From a virus (Duplodnaviria > Caudoviricetes), in IMG/VR virus record IMGVR_UViG_3300021086_000107, positions 1-40,171 of that record: DNA of 40,171 nucleotides; one strand, given 5' to 3'. The translations under genes and the position numbers were made by a program. Of this stretch, positions 17,336 to 26,245 are shown piece by piece. The notes beneath the pieces were generated by a model. The model did not search any database, was not told where the DNA came from, and saw only the letters and a list, made by a program, of their open reading frames with translations. How positions within the stretch are numbered: position 1 is the stretch's first letter; every line of letters begins with the position of its first letter.

Positions 17336-17405
17336 GATGCGGTCCTCCGCCGGGCGGGCCTCGGCCTCGCCCGGCTATGCGGTTGCGGGGAGCGGGATTA
17401 CCGGC

Positions 17406-18323
17406 TTAGAGGCACTTCAGCTCGACGAGCTTCGCCTCTTCGAGACGCGTGGCGCCGAGCGACATGGCGGCGTAGACGTACCAGGAGAAGCGCTTGTCCG
17501 GCCGCCGGTCGATCATCGACCAGACATCCTTGGCGACGCCGAGGCCGAGGCCGGATTTGCGCCAGACCGGCACGCGGGTATAGCCGCTGGCGTCCTGCGA
17601 TAGCCGCTCCGAATGGATGAATTTGAAGCCCATGAAGCTGTCGATCTTGCCCTCGTTGAGGGCCTTGACCGACGCGTAATCCGCCGAGGTCGCTTCGGTG
17701 GTCGCCAGCAGATTGCCCTTCTGCTTGGCGCCGATCACGATATAGCGCTCCTCGTCGTCGTCACCTTCGGCCGCGTCGAGAGCCACCGAGGCCGAGATCA
17801 GCTTGGAGATGGTCAGGCCCGCGTTGCCGCTGCCGTTGCCATAGGTCCAGTCATTGACCAGGACCTGGGTGCCGGCCGGCGTGGTCGGCGCGCTTTCGGC
17901 ATTGCCGTTCGGCCAGGCGACGGCGGTCGAGCCGGTGTGACCGGTATAGGCGGTGGCCCAGAGCGAGCCGATGAGTTCGTCGTCGATCGCCCGTTCCAGC
18001 GCATAGGCCGCGTTCTTGGCATAGTTGCTTTCCGGATCGATCAGCAGGCGCACCTTATCCTCGACATCGACCAGATCGCCCCAATCGTAGTCATAGGGGG
18101 CGACGCGGCGGCGCAGATGCTGGGTGTTCATGATCGGGCTGTCGCCGTGCCGGGCGATAACCTTGCGGGCCGCCGTCGGCGCCATCTGTTCCAGATAGGC
18201 GCTGTCGCCGGTGATGGTGTCCTCCATCACGCAAGGGCGCATGCGCGACTTGGTTTGCTGGGCGAGGAACTTGACGTTCCCCGAAAACTGCTGGACGAAC
18301 GCGTCCGTGACCGTGAACGACAT
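17406..18323 (-). CDS. Major capsid protein
   Basis: AFVQQFS.NV.FLAQQ..SR, DKVRLLIDP.S.Y, VKAL..G.IDSFMGFKFI and GATRLEE.K.VE motifs of T7-supergroup-like capsid proteins. Confidence 0.92.
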   Translation of the reverse strand: MSFTVTDAFVQQFSGNVKFLAQQTKSRMRPCVMEDTITGDSAYLEQMAPTAARKVIARHGDSPIMNTQHLRRRVAPYDYDWGDLVDVEDKVRLLIDPESNYAKNAAYALERAIDDELIGSLWATAYTGHTGSTAVAWPNGNAESAPTTPAGTQVLVNDWTYGNGSGNAGLTISKLISASVALDAAEGDDDEERYIVIGAKQKGNLLATTEATSADYASVKALNEGKIDSFMGFKFIHSERLSQDASGYTRVPVWRKSGLGLGVAKDVWSMIDRRPDKRFSWYVYAAMSLGATRLEEAKLVELKCL

Positions 18324-18387
18324 GGGTACATGCTCCCGTCAGGCCCGGTTTCCAGCCGAGCCGTGGTTTCAAGATCCCCCGCAGAGG

Positions 18388-18429
18388 GCGAACGACGTTC
18401 GCTACACTCACACAGCGAACGGCGTTCGC
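18388..18429. repeat. Two perfect 15-bp palindromes in the capsid-gene leader
   Basis: GCGAACGACGTTCGC 18388..18402 and GCGAACGGCGTTCGC 18415..18429. Confidence 0.9.
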
Positions 18430-18650
18430 CTGCGGCGCTGGGGCTCGATGACGGCTGAGCTCCCCAATCCCGCGCGCCGCTTGATGGCGCGCCCCACTGG
18501 ACCCGTGCCTGACCTGGCGACACTCCCGTGCCGCCTAACGACTGTCTGCGCCGAAACCTTCGTCCGGACCCCGATGCGAATGCCGCCCCCTTTAGGACAG
18601 CGCCGCGTCAAAGCTCCCCGGGCCTCCGGAATGCGTTGTCTCCGCCGCGC

Positions 18651-19640
18651 CTAGGTGGCGGACGGGAAGGCCATCTCGTACAACCGCTGCATCGCCTGGA
18701 CCGCGTCGGCATGTCCGGGGGCGCTCTTGCTCGTATAGGCCTTCATGAATTCCGCGTCGTTCTGCTTGGCCGCGATCTGCTGGCGGCCCTCGGCCGGCGA
18801 CAGCACGGCCGCGCCGCCGCCCGAGCCGCGCCCTTTGAGCGCGCCGTCTTCCTGCAGCTGCGCACCCAGATGGGCGAACAGCTTGGCCAGCGCCGGGTGG
18901 TTGCCGAGGCCGGTGCTTTCCAGCGCCGCCGTCACGTCGCCGCCCAGCTTCAGCTCGTCGGCGTAGTGCCGGATCGCATCATTCGCCAGCGCCAGCTTCG
19001 GCTCATAGGCCTGACCCCAATCGGTCTTGAGTGTGGCGGAAGCGCTCGCCAGCTGCGCCGCCGTCTCGGCATCCTTCGCGGCGGTGCCGGAGCTAGCGAG
19101 GGTGTTCCATTTTGGAATGATCGCGTCGAGCTGGCGCTGGGTGATGCCGGCCTCGTGCAGGATCGGCAGGATGGTCTTTTGAAACGCCGCGTCGGTCTCG
19201 TCATAGGCGAGGCCTTCGCCCTTCGCCGGCATGACGTATTTATCGGCGCTTTCCGGCCGGCCGAGCTTGCCATAGAGGCCGTTCCAGCCCTCGGCATCCT
19301 CGGGACTGGGCAGCGCCACCACGGTGGCCTTATCCAGGCCGACCATCTTCGCGGCATTCCGGTAGGACTTCGCCAGGCCGGCCAGATCCTTGATGTCCTT
19401 GAACACCGCGTCGCCGCGAATATCCTCCGGTAGCGTCTCGCTGAACGAGGTAACCGCCGGCGCGGCGGTGGCCGGGACCGTGGCCGCGGGGACCGTGGCG
19501 CCGGGCGCGGGCGCCGTTGTGGTCGGGGCCGTGGCGCCGGCATCGGCCGAGGCGGCACTTGATGCGGCGCCGGGCGAGCCGCCGGCATCGGGCGCGAAAC
19601 AGGGCTGGCGGAAGAATGCGAACATGCTGGGGCCCTTCAC
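18651..19640 (-). CDS. Capsid scaffolding (assembly) protein
   Basis: LAKSY.NA.KMVG, YGKLGRPES..KY, LK.DWG..Y, GLGNHP and PGHADAV motifs; upstream of the capsid gene. Start may be ATG 19625. Confidence 0.85.
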   Translation of the reverse strand: MKGPSMFAFFRQPCFAPDAGGSPGAASSAASADAGATAPTTTAPAPGATVPAATVPATAAPAVTSFSETLPEDIRGDAVFKDIKDLAGLAKSYRNAAKMVGLDKATVVALPSPEDAEGWNGLYGKLGRPESADKYVMPAKGEGLAYDETDAAFQKTILPILHEAGITQRQLDAIIPKWNTLASSGTAAKDAETAAQLASASATLKTDWGQAYEPKLALANDAIRHYADELKLGGDVTAALESTGLGNHPALAKLFAHLGAQLQEDGALKGRGSGGGAAVLSPAEGRQQIAAKQNDAEFMKAYTSKSAPGHADAVQAMQRLYEMAFPSAT

Positions 19641-19942
19641 TCGTCGTCTTCGGTCGCCATCAGGCGCGCCGCGACTTGGTCATCGGATAGCTTGGACAGC
19701 GCCCCCTCGGTCCAGCTGAGGAGACGCAGGACATCGATCATCACGGAGCGGCGCCCCTCGTTGAACGCGGTGGCATAGGGGTCGCCGGGTACGAAGCTGC
19801 GTTCCAGCATGCCGCCGCCCTTGAGCATGTCTTCGAGCACCCGCGCGCCATCCGGCGTCTCGAAGACGCGGTGATAGGTGGTGCGGATCGAGACGCGGCG
19901 GCGCCAGGCGGTGACCCGGGCCATGACATCGGCCGCACTCAT
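19637..19942 (-). CDS. Bbp19-like small head-module protein
   Basis: YHRVFETPDGARVLEDM...PGDPYATAFNEGRRSV motif; located between portal and scaffold. Confidence 0.8.
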   Translation of the reverse strand: MSAADVMARVTAWRRRVSIRTTYHRVFETPDGARVLEDMLKGGGMLERSFVPGDPYATAFNEGRRSVMIDVLRLLSWTEGALSKLSDDQVAARLMATEDDE

Positions 19943-20292
19943 GACGCCTCCGCCGTTAGGCGGCGCAGCAGCCGGCCGACGTCGAGGCGGTCGAGGAAAT
20001 CGCGGTATTCGGGCGTGGTGACCAGCAGATACTCGACGAACGCCGCCTCGAAATCGCATTTGAAGCCGAGCGGCCGTTTGGCCCGCGCCATATCCTCGAA
20101 ATCCGCCTTGACCTTCGCCGTGAGGATGTCCTCGGCCTTCAGCTCGCCGACATGCGGTTGGCAGTAATGCAGCGTGGTCATCATGCGCAGCGGCGTGAAG
20201 CCCGGTATCGGGGCCGGCCAGCCCACATAAGGCACGATGACGCGCGGCGCGCGGATCGGCTCGGCCTTGCAGCCGGTGTGATCGCATTTCAT
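19939..20292 (-). CDS. Putative Zn-binding protein (C-x4-C...C-x2-H), paralog of 29858..30175
   Basis: MKCDHTGC...HYCQPHVGELKAEDILT; ATGA-coupled to the portal stop and the next gene. Confidence 0.7.
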   Translation of the reverse strand: MKCDHTGCKAEPIRAPRVIVPYVGWPAPIPGFTPLRMMTTLHYCQPHVGELKAEDILTAKVKADFEDMARAKRPLGFKCDFEAAFVEYLLVTTPEYRDFLDRLDVGRLLRRLTAEAS

Positions 20293-22049
20293 GCCGCGAC
20301 CCCTTGCGGCACGGCGCCCTGGCCAGCGCCACCCTGGCCTGCACCACCCTGGCCTACGCCGCCGCCCTGCCCGCCCCCGGCGGCGCCGGCCAGCGCCCCG
20401 GCGCTCGCCATGTTCTGCATGGCGGCGCTGCCGTCCTTCGCCGTCTTCGCCAGGCTTTCCAGCTGCATATGCTGCTGCATCGCCTCGTCGGCCTGCTGCT
20501 TGGCGGCCTTGTCCTGCGCCAGGCGTTCGGGGGATTTCAGGATGGCGGCCGGGGTGTTGAGGTCGTTCGCGGCCAGGCGCAGCATCGCCTCGGTGTCGAG
20601 CACCATCGCCGCGTTCGGGTCGACCTGCATGACCGCCTGGACGAGCTGCAGCAGCCGGCCGACCGCGTCCATCTGGCTGGATTTCTGGGCCAGCGCCACC
20701 GGGCTGACATACTCGACCCTCAGGTTCACGCCCGACAGCGCCGCCGGCGGCGGCAGGAACGGCGAACCGGGGCCGAACCCCAGCCGCACGCTCTGCCGCC
20801 ACAGGATGGCGAACACGCGATCGATCAGCGGCCCCAGGAACTCGGCCTGCAGCCGGGCCAGCATCGGCGACAGCAGCCGCATCTTTTCGTCGCGCTGCTG
20901 CAGCACATAGGTGGCGGTGATGCCCTTGCCGGCGGCGGAGGGATCGTTCGGGTCGGATGGCATCATCAGCCATTCGACATAGAAGCCTTGCTTGATCTGC
21001 TGCTGCAGTCCGCCCAGCATGTCGATGCCCAGCTGCACCTGGCCCTTGGTCTCGACCGGCTCGATGCGGTCGTTCGACCCGGCGCGGTAATAATTCAGGC
21101 TGCCCGGCACCGTCTTGATCGGCGTCATGAAGCCGTCATCCGGCACCATCAGCGGCGGGTCGATGACCTTTTGCGCGCCCTTCAGGATGGTCTTGCGCAT
21201 CTCGTTCAGCATCTTGACGTCGGCCAGCACCAGCGAACCGGGGCCGCGCCCATAGATCTCGCCCGTCGCCTTGGAAAAGCGCGGCACCAGATAGGGGAAT
21301 TCGTCGAAGCCGCTTTCCTGGATGACCGCGCCATCGGCGACCGAGATGTAGCAGCTCTCGAATGCCTTATGCTTCGCGTCGCGCCGCTCCGGATTGCGGT
21401 CGCGGCGCGGCCGGACCGAATGCATGAACTCGAACGAGGTGTCCGGCTTTTCGTCGTAGGCCTTCAGCACCTTTTCGCCGGCCGCCGACCCCCAGGCCTC
21501 GACCGCCTGCTTGGCGGTGTAATGCCATTTGCGCACCAGGGTATCGACCCGGTCCTCTTCGTTCTCGGCGATCACGCATTCTTTCAGGTGCCGGGTCGAG
21601 AACAGCATGCCCTTGCGCTTGCTTTCCAGCACCGCCATGACGGCCGTGCCGACCGAGCCGATGTCTAGATACAGCTCATGGCTTTGCGACGCGAAATTAT
21701 GGCCGGGACCGTTGAAGATCCCGTACATCGTCTTGGTCGCGTCATCGAGCCAGGCCCGCACGTCGTCGCGCGTGTTGAGCCCGTCATCCTCCGCCTTCAT
21801 GGCGAACCATTGGAGGCTGGGGCTAGTCAACAGGCCATGCATGCCGGCGGCGAATTGCTCCAGGGCCACCAGCGGCGTGCTGTCGAAAATATACTGGGTG
21901 CGCTTTTGCCCGGGGGTGCGCCGGGTGATGTAGTCGTTGCGGTTCGGCAGCATGTAGTTGCCGATTTCCTGCCAATGGCTTTTCCACGTCCCGCGATCGC
22001 CGTCGAGGCGTTCCCAGGTCTGGATGATGTCTTTGGCGATGTCGTCCAT
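20289..22049 (-). CDS. Portal (head-to-tail connector) protein
   Basis: W...WQEI..Y.LP, EFPYLVPRF.K..GEIYGRGP, TATYV.Q..DEKMRLL.P.L.RLQ.EFL.PLI.R motifs. Confidence 0.95.
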   Translation of the reverse strand: MDDIAKDIIQTWERLDGDRGTWKSHWQEIGNYMLPNRNDYITRRTPGQKRTQYIFDSTPLVALEQFAAGMHGLLTSPSLQWFAMKAEDDGLNTRDDVRAWLDDATKTMYGIFNGPGHNFASQSHELYLDIGSVGTAVMAVLESKRKGMLFSTRHLKECVIAENEEDRVDTLVRKWHYTAKQAVEAWGSAAGEKVLKAYDEKPDTSFEFMHSVRPRRDRNPERRDAKHKAFESCYISVADGAVIQESGFDEFPYLVPRFSKATGEIYGRGPGSLVLADVKMLNEMRKTILKGAQKVIDPPLMVPDDGFMTPIKTVPGSLNYYRAGSNDRIEPVETKGQVQLGIDMLGGLQQQIKQGFYVEWLMMPSDPNDPSAAGKGITATYVLQQRDEKMRLLSPMLARLQAEFLGPLIDRVFAILWRQSVRLGFGPGSPFLPPPAALSGVNLRVEYVSPVALAQKSSQMDAVGRLLQLVQAVMQVDPNAAMVLDTEAMLRLAANDLNTPAAILKSPERLAQDKAAKQQADEAMQQHMQLESLAKTAKDGSAAMQNMASAGALAGAAGGGQGGGVGQGGAGQGGAGQGAVPQGVAA

Positions 22050-22052
22050 GGA

Positions 22053-22268
22053 TCAGCCGCCCAGCAGGGTTTTCTTATCGACCGTGGCGGCCGTGGGATC
22101 GCCCTGCCCGGATGTCAGGATCGTCGAGGCGCGACCCGCCGCCTGCGCCTGCGCGGTCGCCTGCGCCTGCGCCGCCGCCTGCACGCTGGCGTCGGTCACG
22201 GTCGGTGCGGCGGCCGCTGGTGCCGGTGTCGTCGGCGCGGGGGTGTTGGTTTTGAACAACCCGCTCAT
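22053..22268 (-). CDS. Small virion assembly protein (T7 gp7.3-position)
   Basis: MSGLF.P.AP...GRASTILTS..G...KKTLLG pattern immediately before the portal gene. Confidence 0.75.
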   Translation of the reverse strand: MSGLFKTNTPAPTTPAPAAAAPTVTDASVQAAAQAQATAQAQAAGRASTILTSGQGDPTAATVDKKTLLGG

Positions 22269-22531
22269 GAAGCCACCCCGCCGATCGGCGATGCGCCGTA
22301 TTGCACCCAATCGTCGAAGGGGGCGGGATTGCTATCGGCGAAACGCGGCAAGTGCGTCGGCGCCACGGGCGACGGCCCGGTCACGACCAAGACCTGGGCC
22401 GGGGTCAACGGTATGAAACCGCCGGCCGCCCAGGCGGCGGACAACCCGTCGACGATCGCGCGGGTCGCCACGATGCCAGGCGGCAGAATGGCGAGCGCGT
22501 CGAAACTCTGCGCCGGGGTCAGTGGGGCCAT
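22265..22531 (-). CDS. Hypothetical protein
   Basis: Translationally coupled on both sides. Confidence 0.55.
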   Translation of the reverse strand: MAPLTPAQSFDALAILPPGIVATRAIVDGLSAAWAAGGFIPLTPAQVLVVTGPSPVAPTHLPRFADSNPAPFDDWVQYGASPIGGVAS

Positions 22532-22803
22532 CAGCCGAGGCCCAGGATGTTGGTCGCCGAGGTGCCGGTGGCGTTCACGCCCTGGACCGCCATCGGGATC
22601 AGCGTCCCGGCTGGCACGGCCTTGAACAGCACCGGCGTTACGCTGTCACGCGGCACCACGGTAACGTCGCCGGTCACCCCGACATAGAAGGCCGAGAACG
22701 GGCCGATCTGGGTGTTGTCGGTCGGCGTGAGGGCGACGGCGGTCTGATAGACCGTCGCCGCCTTGCCGGCGAGCTGGTTGGTCGCGGCCACATAGCCGCT
22801 CAT
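22531..22803 (-). CDS. Head spike base-like protein (RcGTA Rcc01079 family)
   Basis: A.ALTP.D...SAFYVGVTGDVTV...V.FKAVPAGTLIP..V..V.ATGTSAT.I.GL pattern; 90 aa. Confidence 0.75.
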   Translation of the reverse strand: MSGYVAATNQLAGKAATVYQTAVALTPTDNTQIGPFSAFYVGVTGDVTVVPRDSVTPVLFKAVPAGTLIPMAVQGVNATGTSATNILGLG

Positions 22804-23141
22804 GGCGTGCGCACCTCGACACCGGCGATCGGCCCTTCGTTCTTGACGCCCTGGTCGAGCTGCAGATAGGCGTGGTTCGTGGCGTCGATCGCCAGCACCT
22901 GATGCTCGCCATTGTTGAGCTGCGTTCCCCGAATGACGCAGCGTTCGCCGACGATCCAGCCCACGAAGTCGTTGGCGGCGCCCTGGATCTGGTTCGTGGC
23001 GGAATTCACGAAGGTGGCGCTGGCGGGCAGCGACCGCTTGGACATGCCGGGGTCGCGCGCCAGGTGCCCGTTGACCTGGCTGGACGGCGGATGGGTCTGC
23101 GAGAAATTCTGCTTGGCGCGGGTGCCGAGTTCAATCGACAT
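22800..23141 (-). CDS. Hypothetical beta-rich protein, possibly virion-associated
   Basis: ATG 23141 with AGGA RBS; coupled to the spike-base gene. Confidence 0.55.
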   Translation of the reverse strand: MSIELGTRAKQNFSQTHPPSSQVNGHLARDPGMSKRSLPASATFVNSATNQIQGAANDFVGWIVGERCVIRGTQLNNGEHQVLAIDATNHAYLQLDQGVKNEGPIAGVEVRTP

Positions 23142-23355
23142 GGGGCAGATCCTGCTCACGGTGCTCGCCGCACCAATCGTCGACGTGCCGCTTGACCGGC
23201 GTCGGATAGCGCCGGCAATCGCCGCGCATCTCGGCATAGCCCCGCGCCACGTCAGGCACTTGCTTCGGCGCCAGAAACATCCCGCAGGTGCCACAGGAGG
23301 CGGGCAGGATCGACGGGGCTTTCGGTTCGGCGGCGAGGGACTTCATGACGGCCAT
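23131..23355 (-). CDS. Small Cys-rich phage protein (CxxC...GxCRRYP...DWCGEH)
   Basis: Four-Cys metal-binding pattern common in small phage proteins. Confidence 0.7.
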   Translation of the reverse strand: MAVMKSLAAEPKAPSILPASCGTCGMFLAPKQVPDVARGYAEMRGDCRRYPTPVKRHVDDWCGEHREQDLPHVD

Positions 23356-23360
23356 GGCCG

Positions 23361-23660
23361 TTAGGCGGCCGGCGGAGTCTGATCGCCGGTGGCCGGTGCC
23401 GACTGCGGTGCATCCGTCGACGGGGCTTCGGCCACTTCGATCGGGCCGCCGCCCAGCGACGTGAACATATGCGGGCCGATGCCTTCGGCGATCTTGTCGA
23501 CCGAACGGGGTTCCTTGTTCGGCGGGAAGATCACCAGATCGCAGGTGCCGTCCGGATGCTCGCGCGTCACCAGGCCGGCAAATGTCTCCATGTCGGCGTG
23601 ATGGACGCCGTAATGCTCATGGTGAACGCGGTAGAGGACGGGGAAACCAAGACGGGACAT
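23361..23660 (-). CDS. Hypothetical phage protein
   Basis: GGAG RBS; FAGLVT...CDLVIFPP pattern. Confidence 0.7.
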   Translation of the reverse strand: MSRLGFPVLYRVHHEHYGVHHADMETFAGLVTREHPDGTCDLVIFPPNKEPRSVDKIAEGIGPHMFTSLGGGPIEVAEAPSTDAPQSAPATGDQTPPAA

Positions 23661-23748
23661 CGGCGGAACTCCAAATGGTCGCGAATTCGACCAGCAGAGT
23701 CGCGTGGCGGAGTCGGGCGTTCAACACCGAAGATGTTTCATTAGCCCG

Positions 23749-23958
23749 CTATTTTGTTTCATTAGCCGGGCTGGACACCAGGGATTGCGTCCCCAGCGCC
23801 GCCGTGGCGGCCCCTGCGTAGCGCCAGAGCTGCAAGCGGCCCCGGTTGTAGACCCGCTCCAATACCTTCCAGCTGACGCCCTGCCCGCGCGCCGCGACGA
23901 TTTGCACGCCCAATTCAATCTGCTGGTCGAGCGGCATCGGCCCCGGTCGGTTGCTCAT
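23749..23958 (-). CDS. Small putative HTH protein
   Basis: IVAARGQGVSWKVLERVYNRGRLQLWRY helix-turn-helix-like pattern; GAGGG RBS after the terL stop. Confidence 0.55.
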   Translation of the reverse strand: MSNRPGPMPLDQQIELGVQIVAARGQGVSWKVLERVYNRGRLQLWRYAGAATAALGTQSLVSSPANETK

Positions 23959-23968
23959 GGCGCGCCCC

Positions 23969-25429
23969 TCATGCCGCGAACGGGTCCCAGTCGTGTTCGT
24001 GCGTCCGCTGCGCGTCACGGCTGAGCTGGAACCGCCGCTCGTTGCGGCCCCGGATCTCGATGTCCTCGCCGCCGGCCGAAACCAGGTACTGCAGCCCGTC
24101 ATGCGGGTGCGAATACTCGTTTTTATCCGGCTCATCCGTGTAGCGATCGTTTCCGGGGCCATGCAGCTTGCGATAGCGATAGCCGGCGTTGAAGCCCTCA
24201 CGCAGCACGGTGCAGCGCGGCGACAGCAGGAACCCCGGCTCGCCGTCGATCAGGCGCGTCAGCGGCCGGCGCACGGCATCCAGGCGCGGGATCAGCGCAT
24301 TGGTCGGCGCCGGGCTGATCGGGATGCCGGCCACGGAAGACACGATCTCGATCCAGCTCTTTTCGCCGGCCTGCTTGTCGGCGCCATAGGCGGCGGAGGG
24401 ATCGGCCCATCCCCGGATCGTGCGGATGCCCTCATAGCGCTCATGCAGCAAGCGCCCCAACATCTCACCGAACCGCGTCGGTCCGGTGCCCTGTTCGGCG
24501 ACCAGCTCATCGGTGATGCGCCATTGGCCGTTCGCCATGCGTTGGCCCAGCGCCGCCGCCGGGGACAGCCCCGCATCGAGCCCGATCCCCAGCGGCATGC
24601 CAAGCACCGGCCGCAGCTCATAGCCCGAGACATGCCGCAGGTCGGAATATTCGGGATAGATCGGCTTGCCGGCCCGGCTATAGCCCGGCTCGTTCATGAT
24701 CATGCGCCGGACATACCATTCCGGCTGATTGGCGACCTGGTCGGCATAGTAGCCGGGCGGCAGGTTATCCAGGTTCTCCGCGTCGATCGCCAGACCGCTT
24801 GGCTGGCGGAACAGCGCCACACCCTCCGGCGTCGCCTTGAACACGTCCTCGTACAGCCAGTTGCCGAATTCCGGCGCGTTGCAATCCATCAGGATGCCGT
24901 GCCAGGTCGGGCCGCATTCCGCCATATCCGGGAACCGGCCGGTGCGGCCGCGGGCATAGGTGTAGACCTCGCGCGCCAGCAGATCGCCCTCGTTGAGGTA
25001 GAAGAACGTCGGCTCATAGCCGCGCAGCACGTCCTCGACCGCGTTTTCGCCGATCGCGATGAAATCCATCTGCAGTTCGACCATGGTGCCGTCGCCGAGC
25101 TGGAAGGTGACCAGATGCGAGGCCGGTGCGTTCTCGGCGCCGGTGAAAGTGCCGACGTTGCGCGGCACCCGCTTGAACCAGGACGGTAGCGTCGTCTTCC
25201 AGAGCTGCCGATAGGTATCGCGCACGACGCAGACCTTGACCCGCCGCCGGCCGGTGTGGCGCGATACCGCTTGACGGCTGGCGATCTGGATGACTTTCAT
25301 CAGCACGGTCGTCGTCTTACCCGAGCCGATCGGGCCGTTCAGCACCTGCAGCCGCGCCGTCGCCGCCATGAAGCGCGCGGCAACCGGCCCCGGCGGCTTC
25401 CACCTCAGATCCAAACGCTGGCCGGTCAT
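23969..25429 (-). CDS. terL: Terminase large subunit
   Basis: Walker A GPIGSGKT, VVRDTYRQL, Walker B FYLNEG, nuclease GIGLDAG and PDKNEYSHPHDGLQY motifs. Confidence 0.93.
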   Translation of the reverse strand: MTGQRLDLRWKPPGPVAARFMAATARLQVLNGPIGSGKTTTVLMKVIQIASRQAVSRHTGRRRVKVCVVRDTYRQLWKTTLPSWFKRVPRNVGTFTGAENAPASHLVTFQLGDGTMVELQMDFIAIGENAVEDVLRGYEPTFFYLNEGDLLAREVYTYARGRTGRFPDMAECGPTWHGILMDCNAPEFGNWLYEDVFKATPEGVALFRQPSGLAIDAENLDNLPPGYYADQVANQPEWYVRRMIMNEPGYSRAGKPIYPEYSDLRHVSGYELRPVLGMPLGIGLDAGLSPAAALGQRMANGQWRITDELVAEQGTGPTRFGEMLGRLLHERYEGIRTIRGWADPSAAYGADKQAGEKSWIEIVSSVAGIPISPAPTNALIPRLDAVRRPLTRLIDGEPGFLLSPRCTVLREGFNAGYRYRKLHGPGNDRYTDEPDKNEYSHPHDGLQYLVSAGGEDIEIRGRNERRFQLSRDAQRTHEHDWDPFAA

Positions 25430-25696
25430 GATCCCCCCACCCCTGTGGTCGTCAGCCCCGTAATCGCGTTTCTTCCGAAACTCCCCAGCGGCGGGTAAAG
25501 CACGCTGACAGGGGGCGCGGGGCGGTCGTCGCCGCGAAAACCCGGGTACCCCCTCGTCGGCAATTCCTGGGCGGGAGAGCAGGCGGCGGGCCGAGCGAAG
25601 CCGCCGACCGGGGCGCCTCCCGGCTGGGCGGAGGGTCGGGCCGGCTGATACACAATCAGCGGGACGGACAGGCGAATGCCGTTCGCGCGCAAGGGC

Positions 25697-26209
25697 TTAG
25701 CGGTCACTGTCAGACTTTCCACTGTCAGACTTTTCGACCGGCTCGACGGTAACCCATTGATCCATAACGGTTTCGTCAAGTGCCTCGGCGCCGCCCATTT
25801 CCAGGGTCAGGTGCACGACGTTGCGCTGGGTCACGTCCACCGCGATCGCCTGGCGCTGATGGATGTACGGCAGCGCCGCGATGGCCGCGTGCCGCTTTTC
25901 CTGCAGCGCCTCAAGCGGCGTGCACCCCAGCTGCGCCGCCAGCTCATCCACCCGCGCATTCGCCATCTGCAACAGGCCTTCCAGCGGCGACGGGTACTTG
26001 CCCAGCAGCCAGGCCACCAGATCCTCGGTCCGCTTGTTCCGCGCGCCCGGCGGCCGGCCCCGCCCGCGCCGCTCCGCAAGGATCGCCCCCGCCCGAAGCG
26101 GCGGCAGGCCCAAGAGGTCAAGCTGTTCCTCGCCCTCGCCGTCAGCGTCAGCCGCGATCGCCATCGCCGCCCCGATCGCTGCTTGCCCAGCCTTCGCTTG
26201 CTCACCCAT
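25697..26209 (-). CDS. terS: Terminase small subunit (putative)
   Basis: GRGRPPGARNKRT motif and AA.AALPYIH; upstream of terL. Confidence 0.7.
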   Translation of the reverse strand: MGEQAKAGQAAIGAAMAIAADADGEGEEQLDLLGLPPLRAGAILAERRGRGRPPGARNKRTEDLVAWLLGKYPSPLEGLLQMANARVDELAAQLGCTPLEALQEKRHAAIAALPYIHQRQAIAVDVTQRNVVHLTLEMGGAEALDETVMDQWVTVEPVEKSDSGKSDSDR

Positions 26210-26245
26210 ACCCGAATAAACCCCCGATATTTAATTCCGAACCGC

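Noticed and set aside
17349-17375. Intrinsic terminator after the capsid gene
   Set aside because: A hairpin (GCCGGGCG...CGCCCGGC) is present but has no U-tract on the coding strand, so it cannot be called a terminator.
18388-18429. 15-bp palindrome as a Gram-positive LexA (Cheo) box
   Set aside because: The Cheo box is GAAC-N4-GTTC; all copies here are N3, and most lie within genes.
20764-20778. GAAC-N7-GAAC LexA-like box inside the portal gene
   Set aside because: Single, intragenic, no promoter context; expected by chance.
23501-23515. CCGAACGGGGTTCCT as a 13th palindrome copy
   Set aside because: Four mismatches to the consensus; too weak to count.
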